A stretch of 63,294 bases of DNA, filler included. It is 3 parts of 3 records of this genome, joined end to end, with 100 filler letters (N's around TTAATTAATTAA, not from the genome) between each part and the next. Parts side by side here need not be neighbours in the genome. Positions count along the whole stretch, not along the records: positions 13,334 to 42,028 come from SRR2962707_1126; 2 more parts are not named here. One strand, written 5' to 3'. Numbering within the stretch: position 1 is the stretch's first letter; every line of letters begins with the position of its first letter. The translations under genes and the position numbers were made by a program. Positions 30,255 through 39,329 of the stretch are shown here, piece by piece. The notes under the pieces are model-generated. The model saw only the letters and a program-made list of their open reading frames with translations. It was not told where the DNA came from and did not search any database.

Positions 30255-30289
30255 CTTTAGAATGTCTTTAGAATCAAGATTTACTTTTA
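30255..30289 (+). promoter_or_regulatory. Operator/promoter motif 6
   Basis: CTTTAgaatgt CTTTAG N10 TACTTTTA upstream of second PAP2. Confidence 0.72.
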
Positions 30290-30355
30290 GTAGCTTAATC
30301 CTAAGAAATACTCATGCCTATACTATTAAAACTACATAACTGATAGCGTAAATTT

Positions 30356-30940
30356 ATGTGTTCTCTTTTTAATTCCCCTACCAAAACCTTCCATTTTAAA
30401 ATTCAGAGGTGCTTTATATTTTTTGTTTGTCTTATTTGCTTTTGGAATTTGAGATTGTATTCACAAGAAAAAGCGATTGAAATCTCAGGAGATATTCTTT
30501 TGTATGCTATGCCTACTATTTCATTAGGATCTACCCTTGTCATTGGTGATAAACAAGGAACTTGGCAGTTTCTAAAAGGTTTTGCCGTAAACGAAGCCAT
30601 GACTTTTGGGTTAAAACTAGCCATTAGTAAGCCACGACCCAATGAAGCTAATAATAATTCTTTTCCATCAGGGCATACCTCCACGACATTTCAGAGTGCG
30701 GCTTTTATTCAAAAACGATATGGCTGGAAATATGGAATACCTGCTTATGCATTAGCTGGGTTCACTGGATTTAGTAGGATTTACGCCGATCAGCATGATA
30801 TACTGGATGTTTTAGCGGGAGCAGTCATAGGTGTTGGAAGTAGTTATTTATTTACGACTGAATATCAAAAGAAACATATGGAAGTTACATTTACTTCCAA
30901 TCGAGATAACATATTACTGGGATTTAATTATAAGTTTTAA
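30356..30940 (+). CDS. PAP2 family phosphatase (LpxE-like)
   Basis: K.AISKPRP, SFPSGHT, SRIYADQHDILDV; exact start uncertain. Confidence 0.85.
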   Translation: MCSLFNSPTKTFHFKIQRCFIFFVCLICFWNLRLYSQEKAIEISGDILLYAMPTISLGSTLVIGDKQGTWQFLKGFAVNEAMTFGLKLAISKPRPNEANNNSFPSGHTSTTFQSAAFIQKRYGWKYGIPAYALAGFTGFSRIYADQHDILDVLAGAVIGVGSSYLFTTEYQKKHMEVTFTSNRDNILLGFNYKF

Positions 30941-31091
30941 CACCAATTTAGCCATATAAATAAGGTAGAATATTTAAAACCAATACTATATATTTAACAT
31001 ATTAGTTTAATATAAATTCATCCAATCTTATGATGTGGGTCACTTATTCCTTTTTAGCATCAAATTATACATGACAACATATTAAATATAT

Positions 31092-31175
31092 CTATCCAAT
31101 ATTTCCGAAAGTTAAACTCGCAAAATATTTCTCGGAAAAGGGACGGCATAAAGCCGTTCCGTTGTCTCTTTTTAT
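31092..31175 (+). repeat. 84-bp direct repeat, copy 2 (continues into a long imperfect hairpin to 31204)
   Basis: 79/84 identity to 15355-15438. Confidence 0.9.
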
Positions 31176-31236
31176 TCCGTTTCCTTTCCACTCCAAAATT
31201 TTGCCTTCCGTTTGGGTTATGCTCAAATATTGTTTA

Positions 31237-31258
31237 ACCTGCCTGTCGGTAGACAGGT
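31237..31258. repeat. Short REP-like palindrome
   Basis: ACCTGCCTGTCGGTAGACAGGT, a variant of the CCTGCCTGCCGGCAGGCAGG palindrome common in Bacteroidota. Confidence 0.55.
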
Positions 31259-31275
31259 CTAAAAATTTCATTATT

Positions 31276-31683
31276 ATGGAAACAAAAACAAAAGCAAGCG
31301 GTGTAGCAAAAAAACAAAGTGCTACCGTTAAAAAGGACGTTCAAAAGAAATTGACCCAAGAGGCAGTTGAGAAAACTGTAAAAGCTGAAACGAAGGTTGT
31401 TTCTCAAAAGCCTGAAATTAGTCTGGATGATCGCATCCAGAAGTTTGAAAAGTTACGAGGTTTGGCAACGCAGCGGGAACGCTTGGCAGAGACCTTAACC
31501 GAACTCACCAAATTCAATTACAATCAGGATGGTTCGAGTAGTTTCTTTATTCGAGATTCCCGTCATCTGGAATTTAAAACCACCAATTCAAATCTTATCA
31601 AATTGGTGACCTCGCATTTACAATCCACTTTAGAACAGCGTAAAGCGGAAATTGAACAGCAGATTGTTCAATTTGAGTTGTAA
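31276..31683 (+). CDS. Hypothetical protein of Bacteroidota mobile elements
   Basis: METKTKASG...; Lys-rich N-terminus, coiled C-terminus with FKTTNSNLI; precedes DUF932-like gene. Confidence 0.7.
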   Translation: METKTKASGVAKKQSATVKKDVQKKLTQEAVEKTVKAETKVVSQKPEISLDDRIQKFEKLRGLATQRERLAETLTELTKFNYNQDGSSSFFIRDSRHLEFKTTNSNLIKLVTSHLQSTLEQRKAEIEQQIVQFEL

Positions 31684-31705
31684 AACTTAATTTTCTATTT
31701 ATTAA

Positions 31706-31740
31706 AAAGCCTACTCGCAAGAGTGGGCTTTTCTTTTTTT
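31706..31740 (+). terminator. Rho-independent terminator-like hairpin
   Basis: AAGCCTACTC-GCAA-GAGTGGGCTT followed by T-run. Confidence 0.75.
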
Positions 31741-31759
31741 AATCTAAAATTTTAACATT

Positions 31760-32557
31760 ATGTATTTAAATCATTTACAACAGGACGAGATTTTTATTCC
31801 ATCAGCAATAAAATCTTTTGAAAGTATTACAGGAATTAAGTCCCGTAGAGGGCTTGAAAATGTCATTGTATCAAATGGCAAAATTGTTAATGTGGTATCC
31901 AAAAGTTATGGGCATATTCCCAATGAACTATTTTTTCATAAAGCAGAACAACTTCTGGTAGATGCCAATCTAAAGTATCGTAAACGAACCATCAATCGAA
32001 ATGACAGGTCGTTTGTGATGGATTTTATCATCGACAATGACAATCTATTTGAACTTAAAAATAAACAAGACCAAATACTACCCATGCTCCGTTTTAAGAA
32101 TTCTTACGATGGGAGTGAAAAAACGTCGGGACATTTTGGATTTTTTAGACAAATTTGTTCAAATGGACTTCATATAGCCCAGTCAAAAATTGCCTTTTCC
32201 ATTAGACACACTAAAAACAGTACGGATTTGATCATGCCTGAATTGGAATGGCTCTTTGAGAAGTTTATGGATAATGAGTTTTATAGTATTTCAAATCAAT
32301 TTCTACAAATGAGCGCTGCTTCCATAAATGATGAAGAAGCCTTTGTTTTCGAAGTGCTGAATCGTATAAAATTATTTCAGTATGCGTGTAGTGCTAAAAA
32401 CAATAATCCTTCAAAAAAAGCAAGAATGGTACTAGATACCCTGTATAAAGAATCCATACGCCTTGGTGAATCACCAAATTTATGGCTTGGCTTGTGTCAG
32501 CTATTAGCAGAAAAGAAGCAGAATTACAAAAAGTCATTTCAAAAATGGCAGATTTAA
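31760..32557 (+). pseudogene. DUF932-like protein, probably C-terminally truncated near 32490
   Basis: VNVVSKSYGH, NSYDGS, GFFRQICSNGL motifs; family-like sequence appears to end at NLWLG. Confidence 0.65.
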
Positions 32558-32731
32558 AAGTGTCATATATTCAAAGTTTATTTCATAAAAAGCAAAATCG
32601 GGCAACAAAGGGCAACAAAAACCTAATCAATCTATTAGCATAGAATTTGCCATATATTACTTGTGTTGGTGAAAGGCTATACCAAGTCCGTACCAACTCC
32701 GAATAAGTAGTAATTTTAAATTTTATATGTT

Positions 32732-33001
32732 ATGGGTGTAATTTCACAAGGAATCCTGGGCGGTGTATCAGGAAAAGTAGGAAACGTAGTCGGTGCTTCT
32801 TGGAAAGGTATTGACTATTTGAGAATTAAGCCTTCAAATGTGGCAAATCCACGAACAGAAGGACAAGTTAACCAAAGAAACAAGTTTACTGTTACTTTGG
32901 AGTATCTTCAACCGAATTTAGGTTTTATCAAGAAAGGGTATAAATCTTATGCGGTGCAAAAAACAGAGTTTAATGCTGCAAGTAGCGAACAAAGGTTGTA
33001 A
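32732..33001 (+). pseudogene. DUF6266-like protein, N-terminal fragment
   Basis: MGVISQGILGGVSGKVGNVVGASWKGIDYLR...NPRT..Q; breaks at 32980 after FNAA. Confidence 0.7.
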
Positions 33002-33832
33002 AACAGCCATTATTGAACCACATAGCATAAAACCAATACCTATTTGGTTACTGTTAAATCCTAATTCATCTTTCCCATATATTGAAAAGACAGTTTCAAA
33101 CAGCGTTACTACAAATTGGATGACAAACGACAGACCCAGTAATACGACAAAATATTTGGTAAATGTGAATCGCAAGCTCGCTTTTTGTGTTGTGAACGTA
33201 TGTACGCGAGTGGTGTTTTTTAACCATTTTGCTACTACAAATAAGACTATAAGTCCTAGAAGAGCGGCAAACAAAAAGGGTACTGAAAATCGGTCTAAAT
33301 GCAGCAGACCTATCGTATATTTTAAATGAAGGTCAGTTTGAGACAGAAAGCCACCAATGACAGGACCAAAAATAACACCAGAGCTAATGGCAACACCCGA
33401 CCAACCCATTATTTTTGTTCTTCGTTTTTCAGAAGTAATGTCGCTCAAATATGCGTTGCTAACTGGAATAACTGATGACGTGAAAATACCACCAAAGATG
33501 CGAGCAACATATAGCATCGTCAATGATGTAGCAAGACCGGTAAGTAATTGCATAATTACAAAGCCGATTAGCCCAACAATGATAATGGGTTTACGGCCGT
33601 ATTTATCGGATAGCCTGCCCCAGAGTACAACGAAAAGAAGCTGGAAGAGCGGATAAATACTGGTCAAAAAACCAATATGAAAGTTAATCGAATCAGTATC
33701 TAGGTTATCTCCTAAAGCTAATCTTTCGGTATAGTAGGGAAGGGTTGGCAATAAAATACCATAGCCCAACATCACTACAAATAAACTCAACAGGATTAAA
33801 AATATCCTGTTGAGTTTTTCTTTTTTGTCCAT
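32918..33832 (-). pseudogene. MFS transporter (TetA/DHA1-like), C-terminally truncated
   Basis: WGRLSDKYGRKP motif A, GPVIGG; only 304 aa, tail reads antisense into the DUF6266-like gene. Confidence 0.75.
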
Positions 33833-35935
33833 TTATTTTTTACCGATTTTTCGCTTTAATAATTGCGCATTGATAGCCACTATAATCGTACTTAAACTCA
33901 TAAATACAGCTCCAACGGCTGGGCCCAAAACAAAACCGGTAGAATAAAGCACTCCAGCAGCTAACGGAATGGCTATAACGTTGTATCCCGTTGCCCAAAC
34001 AAGGTTCTGGATCATTTTATTGTATGTAGCCTTACCGAACAAAATCAAGTTAGCAATATCTTGTGGGTTGCTGTTTACCAAAATAATATCCGCGGTTTCA
34101 GCGGCTACGTCTGTGCCAGAACCTACTGCAATACCTACATTGGCTTGAGCCAGAGCCGGTGCATCGTTCACTCCGTCTCCTGTCATTGCCACAAACTCTC
34201 CCTTACTTTCCAATTCTTTTACTATTTCCACTTTTTGATGTGGCAAAACTTCGGCGTAGTATCCATCCAAGCCGAGTTTATCGCTAACAGCTTTGGCAGT
34301 TCTTTCATTATCACCGGTAGCCATTAAAACTTTTATATTATTCTTTTTGAAAATTTTGATGGCATCGGCAGATTCCGGTCTAATTTCGTCCGCCAATGCT
34401 ATGTATCCTGCCAGTTTTCCATCAATCAAGACAAAAACAACAGTTTCTGCGGCATCGCTATAGGCATCCTCTGGAATAGTTATTTTTTCATCCCTTAAAT
34501 ATCCGGGACTTACAACTTTTATTTCTTTTCCTTCTACGTTCGCCTCGACTCCTTTACCGGTAATTGCGTTAAAGTTTTCAGGGTTCGGAATAATAACTTC
34601 ATCTTCTTTTACTTTTTTAATTATTCCAACCGCAATAGGGTGTTCAGAACTCTGTTCCAATGCACTTGAAAGCCTCAAAATTTCTTTAGGTGGATATTTC
34701 TGATTGACCGACTCAACCCTTGTTACACCAAAATCACCTTTGGTCAATGTTCCAGTCTTGTCGAATAATAATGCCGTTATTTTTCGGGATTCTTCAAAAG
34801 CTGTTCTATTTCTAATCAATAATCCATTCTGTGCAGAAACCGCAGTAGAAATAGCGACCACTAATGGAATGGCAAGACCTAAAGCGTGCGGACACGCAAT
34901 AATCATTACCGTTACCATACGCTCCAAAGCATACACAAAAGGGAAGCCTAAAATTAGCCAAACCGCCAATGTGCCAAATCCAATACCTAATGCGATATAG
35001 GTAAGCCATTTTGCAGCTCTATCCGAGAGGTTTTGCATTTTTGATTTGGACTTTTGTGCTTCTTCAACCATTGTGATCACCTTGTTGAGATAACTGTCCT
35101 TTCCTGTATGCTCAACCTTTACCTTTATGCTGCCATTACCGTTTACCGAACCTCCAATAACCTTATCATCTATTTCTTTCTTAACTGGTTTGGACTCCCC
35201 AGTAAGCATAGATTCATTCAGGTAGCTGGTGCCTTCTGTTATAATACCATCAGCAGGCACCTTTTCACCTGGTTTTACTAATATGACATCATCTTTTAAC
35301 AAATCTTCCAACGGAATATCTTCTATGGTATCACCCTTTACCCTATGGGCTTCTGCGGGCATCATACTTACCAAAAGCTGTAAGGCCTTTGATGCTCCCA
35401 AGACGCTTTTCATCTCTATCCAATGTCCTACCAACATAATAGCGATAAGGGTAGCCAGTTCCCAGAAAAAATCAACTCCTTCTAAGCCGAACACGGTTGC
35501 CGAACTATAAACGTAAGCCACGGTAATGGCCATAGAAATAAGGGTCATCATCCCTGGTGCACCTTTTTTAACTTCGGACCAAAATCCGGTAATAAATGGC
35601 CAGCCGCCATAGAAATACACTACAGAAGAAAGGCCAAATAATATATATTGGTTTCCGGGAAGCAGGAACTCATACCCAATAAACCCTTGGATCATCGGGG
35701 AGATGATGAGGATGGGAATGGTCAAGATTAAGGTTACCCAAAACCGTTTCCTGAAATCGGCAATCATCATTTTATGATGGTCGTGGCCCATTTGACCGTG
35801 ACCCGGATTGTGACCCGAATGGTCCCCACCTTTGTGGTTCATTTTAGAATGGTCTTCTTTTTTGTGTTTCATCTTCGAATGGTCCATTTTAGAATGGTCC
35901 ATTTCATCGTGATTGTGGTGTTCGTGATTTTCCAT
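33833..35935 (-). CDS. copB: Copper-translocating P1B-type ATPase (CopB-like, His-rich N-terminus)
   Basis: MDHSK repeats, TGES, CPHALGL, DKTGTLT, SEHP, GDGVNDAP, YN, MSLST. Confidence 0.9.
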   Translation of the reverse strand: MENHEHHNHDEMDHSKMDHSKMKHKKEDHSKMNHKGGDHSGHNPGHGQMGHDHHKMMIADFRKRFWVTLILTIPILIISPMIQGFIGYEFLLPGNQYILFGLSSVVYFYGGWPFITGFWSEVKKGAPGMMTLISMAITVAYVYSSATVFGLEGVDFFWELATLIAIMLVGHWIEMKSVLGASKALQLLVSMMPAEAHRVKGDTIEDIPLEDLLKDDVILVKPGEKVPADGIITEGTSYLNESMLTGESKPVKKEIDDKVIGGSVNGNGSIKVKVEHTGKDSYLNKVITMVEEAQKSKSKMQNLSDRAAKWLTYIALGIGFGTLAVWLILGFPFVYALERMVTVMIIACPHALGLAIPLVVAISTAVSAQNGLLIRNRTAFEESRKITALLFDKTGTLTKGDFGVTRVESVNQKYPPKEILRLSSALEQSSEHPIAVGIIKKVKEDEVIIPNPENFNAITGKGVEANVEGKEIKVVSPGYLRDEKITIPEDAYSDAAETVVFVLIDGKLAGYIALADEIRPESADAIKIFKKNNIKVLMATGDNERTAKAVSDKLGLDGYYAEVLPHQKVEIVKELESKGEFVAMTGDGVNDAPALAQANVGIAVGSGTDVAAETADIILVNSNPQDIANLILFGKATYNKMIQNLVWATGYNVIAIPLAAGVLYSTGFVLGPAVGAVFMSLSTIIVAINAQLLKRKIGKK

Positions 35936-35953
35936 TATTGTCTTGTTTAAGTG

Positions 35954-36247
35954 TTATCGTAATTTTTTTCTCATAGCTTCCGAAATGTTTTCGGCATAGA
36001 CGCCATAGGCATCTACCAAAAGTCCTTTAATCCCATTTTTTGATGAAATAGCATAAAGCACACTATTATCGTCGGTACTGCTCATACCCTCAAAACGATG
36101 CATCTCGTCAACATTAAAATCTTCTGGGTGTATTTCAATTTTTAGTGAGGCACACTCCAAACATTCTGGTTTTAGGTTAAAATCATATGTATAGCCATTT
36201 CCCTGTAAATCGTTTATGGCTTCAGAAAGTGTATCGTAATTTTTCAT
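35954..36247 (-). CDS. Small conserved Bacteroidota protein of unknown function
   Basis: YDTLSEAINDL...GYTYDF...RFEGMS..DDNSVLYAI...G.LVDAYG. Confidence 0.75.
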   Translation of the reverse strand: MKNYDTLSEAINDLQGNGYTYDFNLKPECLECASLKIEIHPEDFNVDEMHRFEGMSSTDDNSVLYAISSKNGIKGLLVDAYGVYAENISEAMRKKLR

Positions 36248-36253
36248 CTGTCT

Positions 36254-36898
36254 TTATTTATAGTTTATTGTAAAATAGCTGTTATCTGCTTCTGAAAATT
36301 TCTGAAAAGTCAATAATCCTTTTTCATTTAATTTTTCAATAACAGTATAATTGAATTGCTTGATGCGAATACCCCAGGCATAGGCCTTAATATTTATTTT
36401 TGATTTAATAGTGTTTTTGCCAGCTTCTAATTTTCGATCGTAAATTTTTATGATGCTTTTTGAACCGAAAAAATTCAACAAGCCCGAGTCAAAACTCATT
36501 TCCAATTCAATATTTTTCAGATTATCCAAATTGTATAGTTCTTTAAATTTCTTTGAAGTGGTGTTGATTTCTGTTTTCTTTGATTTTGGATTGGAAAACG
36601 GGAAAGCCATTACCACTACACTTGCTTCATCAGGCTTGCAACGATAGGTTGTGGTGTATTTATCGGTCAATTTTTTGTCTTTATCAAACAATTCCGTAAC
36701 TACCTCAATTTCATAGTATCCATTTTTCTTTATTGTTTCACTGGCTTTGAAAGTTTGTTTATTTAAAAAAGAACCATTTTCATCAAAGTTTTCCCGAATA
36801 ACAACTCTGCCTGAAATCTGCCCAATGAGCATTTCAGTTTGTCCAGTCATTGTGATGCTGAATAAAGTGATTAGTACTATAAAGCCTTGTTTTCTCAT
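36254..36898 (-). CDS. Secreted hypothetical protein
   Basis: Signal-peptide-like N-terminus; 4-bp overlap with prs-like gene. Confidence 0.65.
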   Translation of the reverse strand: MRKQGFIVLITLFSITMTGQTEMLIGQISGRVVIRENFDENGSFLNKQTFKASETIKKNGYYEIEVVTELFDKDKKLTDKYTTTYRCKPDEASVVVMAFPFSNPKSKKTEINTTSKKFKELYNLDNLKNIELEMSFDSGLLNFFGSKSIIKIYDRKLEAGKNTIKSKINIKAYAWGIRIKQFNYTVIEKLNEKGLLTFQKFSEADNSYFTINYK

Positions 36899-37788
36899 AT
36901 ATGGTGCATTAATTTTTTTACCTCTTTTGCCATAATATCACTTAAATCTATTCCATTTGAAGAGTGTGGGATGGTATTACAAGTCACTATTTTTTCTACT
37001 CCGGAATCCAATAAATCTTGATAGGCGTTTCCTGAAAAAACGGCGTGAATGCCTACACAAATAGGTGGTTTCATTCCTGCTTTTTTAAGATGTTGTACGG
37101 TTTCAATCATTGTTCGGGCTGTGGAAATAATATCATCTACCAAAATGGGTGTAGCATCTTTATATATATCCACATCGGGAACAGAGACTTCTACATCACG
37201 GTCACCGTGACGCACCTTTTGTAATACCGTAAATGGTGCTCCTGCATTTTTGGCGACTTCTGATACCCATTGTTCACTTTCAGAATCAGGTCCGATAAGT
37301 ACCGGGTTTTCGATATTTTCTTTAATCCATTCTGAAATTGCGTCGGCAGCGTGAATCACTTTATTTGGAATTTGATACACTTCTCCCAACGAACTAATTC
37401 TGTGCAAGTGAGGGTCAACTGTGGTAATGCTATCGGCGAAACCAGAAATCAATTTTCCGAAGAAACCGGAAGTCACTCCTTCTCCTTCATTAAATACTTT
37501 GTCCTGCCGCATATACGCCAAATAGGGTGCTACCAAACAGGTACACATAGCTCCTAATGATTTGGCTGTGTGGCTTAAAAAATATAGTGACAACAGTTTT
37601 TCGTCCGGTTCGTGCAAGGTGCATACCAGTACCACACATTTATCTTTAACATCAGACAATATGCGCGTGTATGATTCCCCGTCAGGGAATTTCCTTAATG
37701 TGGCTTGACCCACTTCAGCATCCATTTTTGTAGCCATTAGTTCTGTGAGTTCTTCATTTCCGGGAAGACTGAATAATATTGTTTTCAT
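36895..37788 (-). CDS. Ribose-phosphate pyrophosphokinase family protein
   Basis: FPDGE, APYLAYMRQD, VDPH, GPD, LVDDIISTARTM. Confidence 0.9.
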   Translation of the reverse strand: MKTILFSLPGNEELTELMATKMDAEVGQATLRKFPDGESYTRILSDVKDKCVVLVCTLHEPDEKLLSLYFLSHTAKSLGAMCTCLVAPYLAYMRQDKVFNEGEGVTSGFFGKLISGFADSITTVDPHLHRISSLGEVYQIPNKVIHAADAISEWIKENIENPVLIGPDSESEQWVSEVAKNAGAPFTVLQKVRHGDRDVEVSVPDVDIYKDATPILVDDIISTARTMIETVQHLKKAGMKPPICVGIHAVFSGNAYQDLLDSGVEKIVTCNTIPHSSNGIDLSDIMAKEVKKLMHHI

Positions 37789-37798
37789 AGTATGTTCT

Positions 37799-39301
37799 TT
37801 AATTTATAGTTATGATGTCGTTATGGTTGTTTTCATATTCCAAGGCATAATTAAGTTCACCTTTGGATTCAGCATATATGGTATAAAGCAGTTGGTTCTC
37901 TTCGATTTGTTCTCCCAAATGCACATTTAGAAGAATCCCTGCCGATTTAGATTGTGGTGCTCCAGAAAGCTTGGCCAGTTTTGCAATTTTACGGTTATCA
38001 ATTCGTTGCAAAACGCCTGACTTTTCAGCTTTAATTTCAATTTTATAAGGTGCTAAAACTGGTTTTGAAAATTGACCTTGCGCCTTACAAATGGCTACGA
38101 ATTTTTCATATGCTTTTCCAGATTTGAGAATTTTATGTGCGGTTTCCTGTCCCTTTCCTTTTTCTACTTTTCCAGAAAGTTCTAATAGTTCAGTAGCTAA
38201 AAGCAATGCTCTTTCTGTTAAGTCTTTAGGTGCATCTTCCTCATTTTTCAAAACTTTTAATATATCTATGGCTTCTAAAGTTGGACCGATACCCCTTCCA
38301 ACAGGCTGCGTGCCATCCGTAACTACAACTTTTACATTCAACCCAACAGCAGTTCCAACGGTTTCCATATGATTTTTTAGTTTTTCTGCCATTTCGGTAC
38401 TGCGAACCTTGGCGGTTTCTCCCACGGGAATATCAATGACCACGTGAGTAGAACCAGCTGCTGCCTTTTTAGAGAGTACTGAAGCGATGAGCTGACCTTC
38501 GCTATCAATATCCAAGGCTTTTTCAATTTTAATGAGCACATCATCGGCAGGACTTAACTGCGCTGTACCGCCCCAAACAAAACATCCGCCTTCTTTTTCT
38601 ACTACGGTCTTTATTTCCTCGGAAGAGAGCGTAACATTGGTCAGTACTTCCATTGTATCTGCTGTGCCTGCTGGCGAAGTGATTGCCCGTGAGGATGTTT
38701 TTGGCATAGTAAGCCCATACGCGGCAACAATGGCAACTACCAATGGTGTTGTCCTATTGCCAGGCAATCCGCCAATACAATGTTTGTCGACCACGATATC
38801 CTTGTTCCAGTTCAGTTGCTTTCCGGAAGCAATCATTGCTTTCGTTAGGTCGGATATTTCATCAATATCCATTCGGTCGCCAGCACAGGCAGTAATAAAT
38901 GCCGAAAGGTGGATGTTGGAATAATCGCCTTCCACGATATCGGTTATGATGTTGTTATAGGCCTTATAATCCAGTTTTTTGTTATAGATTTTTGCCCTGA
39001 CGTGGCTTAAGGATTCAATAGGCTCTAAATGGGAAACATATAATGTATCGTTTGGGGAAACATTGAGTTTTTTCGCAGCAGCATCTGATAGTCCGATTTC
39101 ATTAGGCAACAGAATATCAGAATTCAGGACATTAAGACTTGCTACGATTGATGTATTTGCATTGGATATTCTTATTCGGGTAAGTGCCTCAAACCCTTCT
39201 GAAATACAGACGTGGCAATCTTCGCGCATATACACTACATTTTCGTTTTGGGTATAGATTCCGAGATGTTTGTATTTTAATATGTTTGAGTGTGTGTCCA
39301 T
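37799..39301 (-). CDS. Thymidine phosphorylase family, AMP phosphorylase-like (long form)
   Basis: DKHCIGGLPGNRT, KTSSRAITSPAGTAD, SVLSKK; 500 aa with N-terminal extension. Confidence 0.88.
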   Translation of the reverse strand: MDTHSNILKYKHLGIYTQNENVVYMREDCHVCISEGFEALTRIRISNANTSIVASLNVLNSDILLPNEIGLSDAAAKKLNVSPNDTLYVSHLEPIESLSHVRAKIYNKKLDYKAYNNIITDIVEGDYSNIHLSAFITACAGDRMDIDEISDLTKAMIASGKQLNWNKDIVVDKHCIGGLPGNRTTPLVVAIVAAYGLTMPKTSSRAITSPAGTADTMEVLTNVTLSSEEIKTVVEKEGGCFVWGGTAQLSPADDVLIKIEKALDIDSEGQLIASVLSKKAAAGSTHVVIDIPVGETAKVRSTEMAEKLKNHMETVGTAVGLNVKVVVTDGTQPVGRGIGPTLEAIDILKVLKNEEDAPKDLTERALLLATELLELSGKVEKGKGQETAHKILKSGKAYEKFVAICKAQGQFSKPVLAPYKIEIKAEKSGVLQRIDNRKIAKLAKLSGAPQSKSAGILLNVHLGEQIEENQLLYTIYAESKGELNYALEYENNHNDIITIN

Positions 39302-39329
39302 ATATTATTGGTTGTTGTGATTTTTCGAT

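Noticed and set aside
16024-30289. Repeated 35-bp motif as a CRISPR array or attC-like cassette sites
   Set aside because: Copies are kilobases apart, non-palindromic, only partly conserved and always in promoter position; no cas or integron integrase
35820-35935. Short DNA tandem repeats in copB 5' end as a contingency locus
   Set aside because: Explained by His/Met metal-binding peptide repeats (MDHSK), which are in frame
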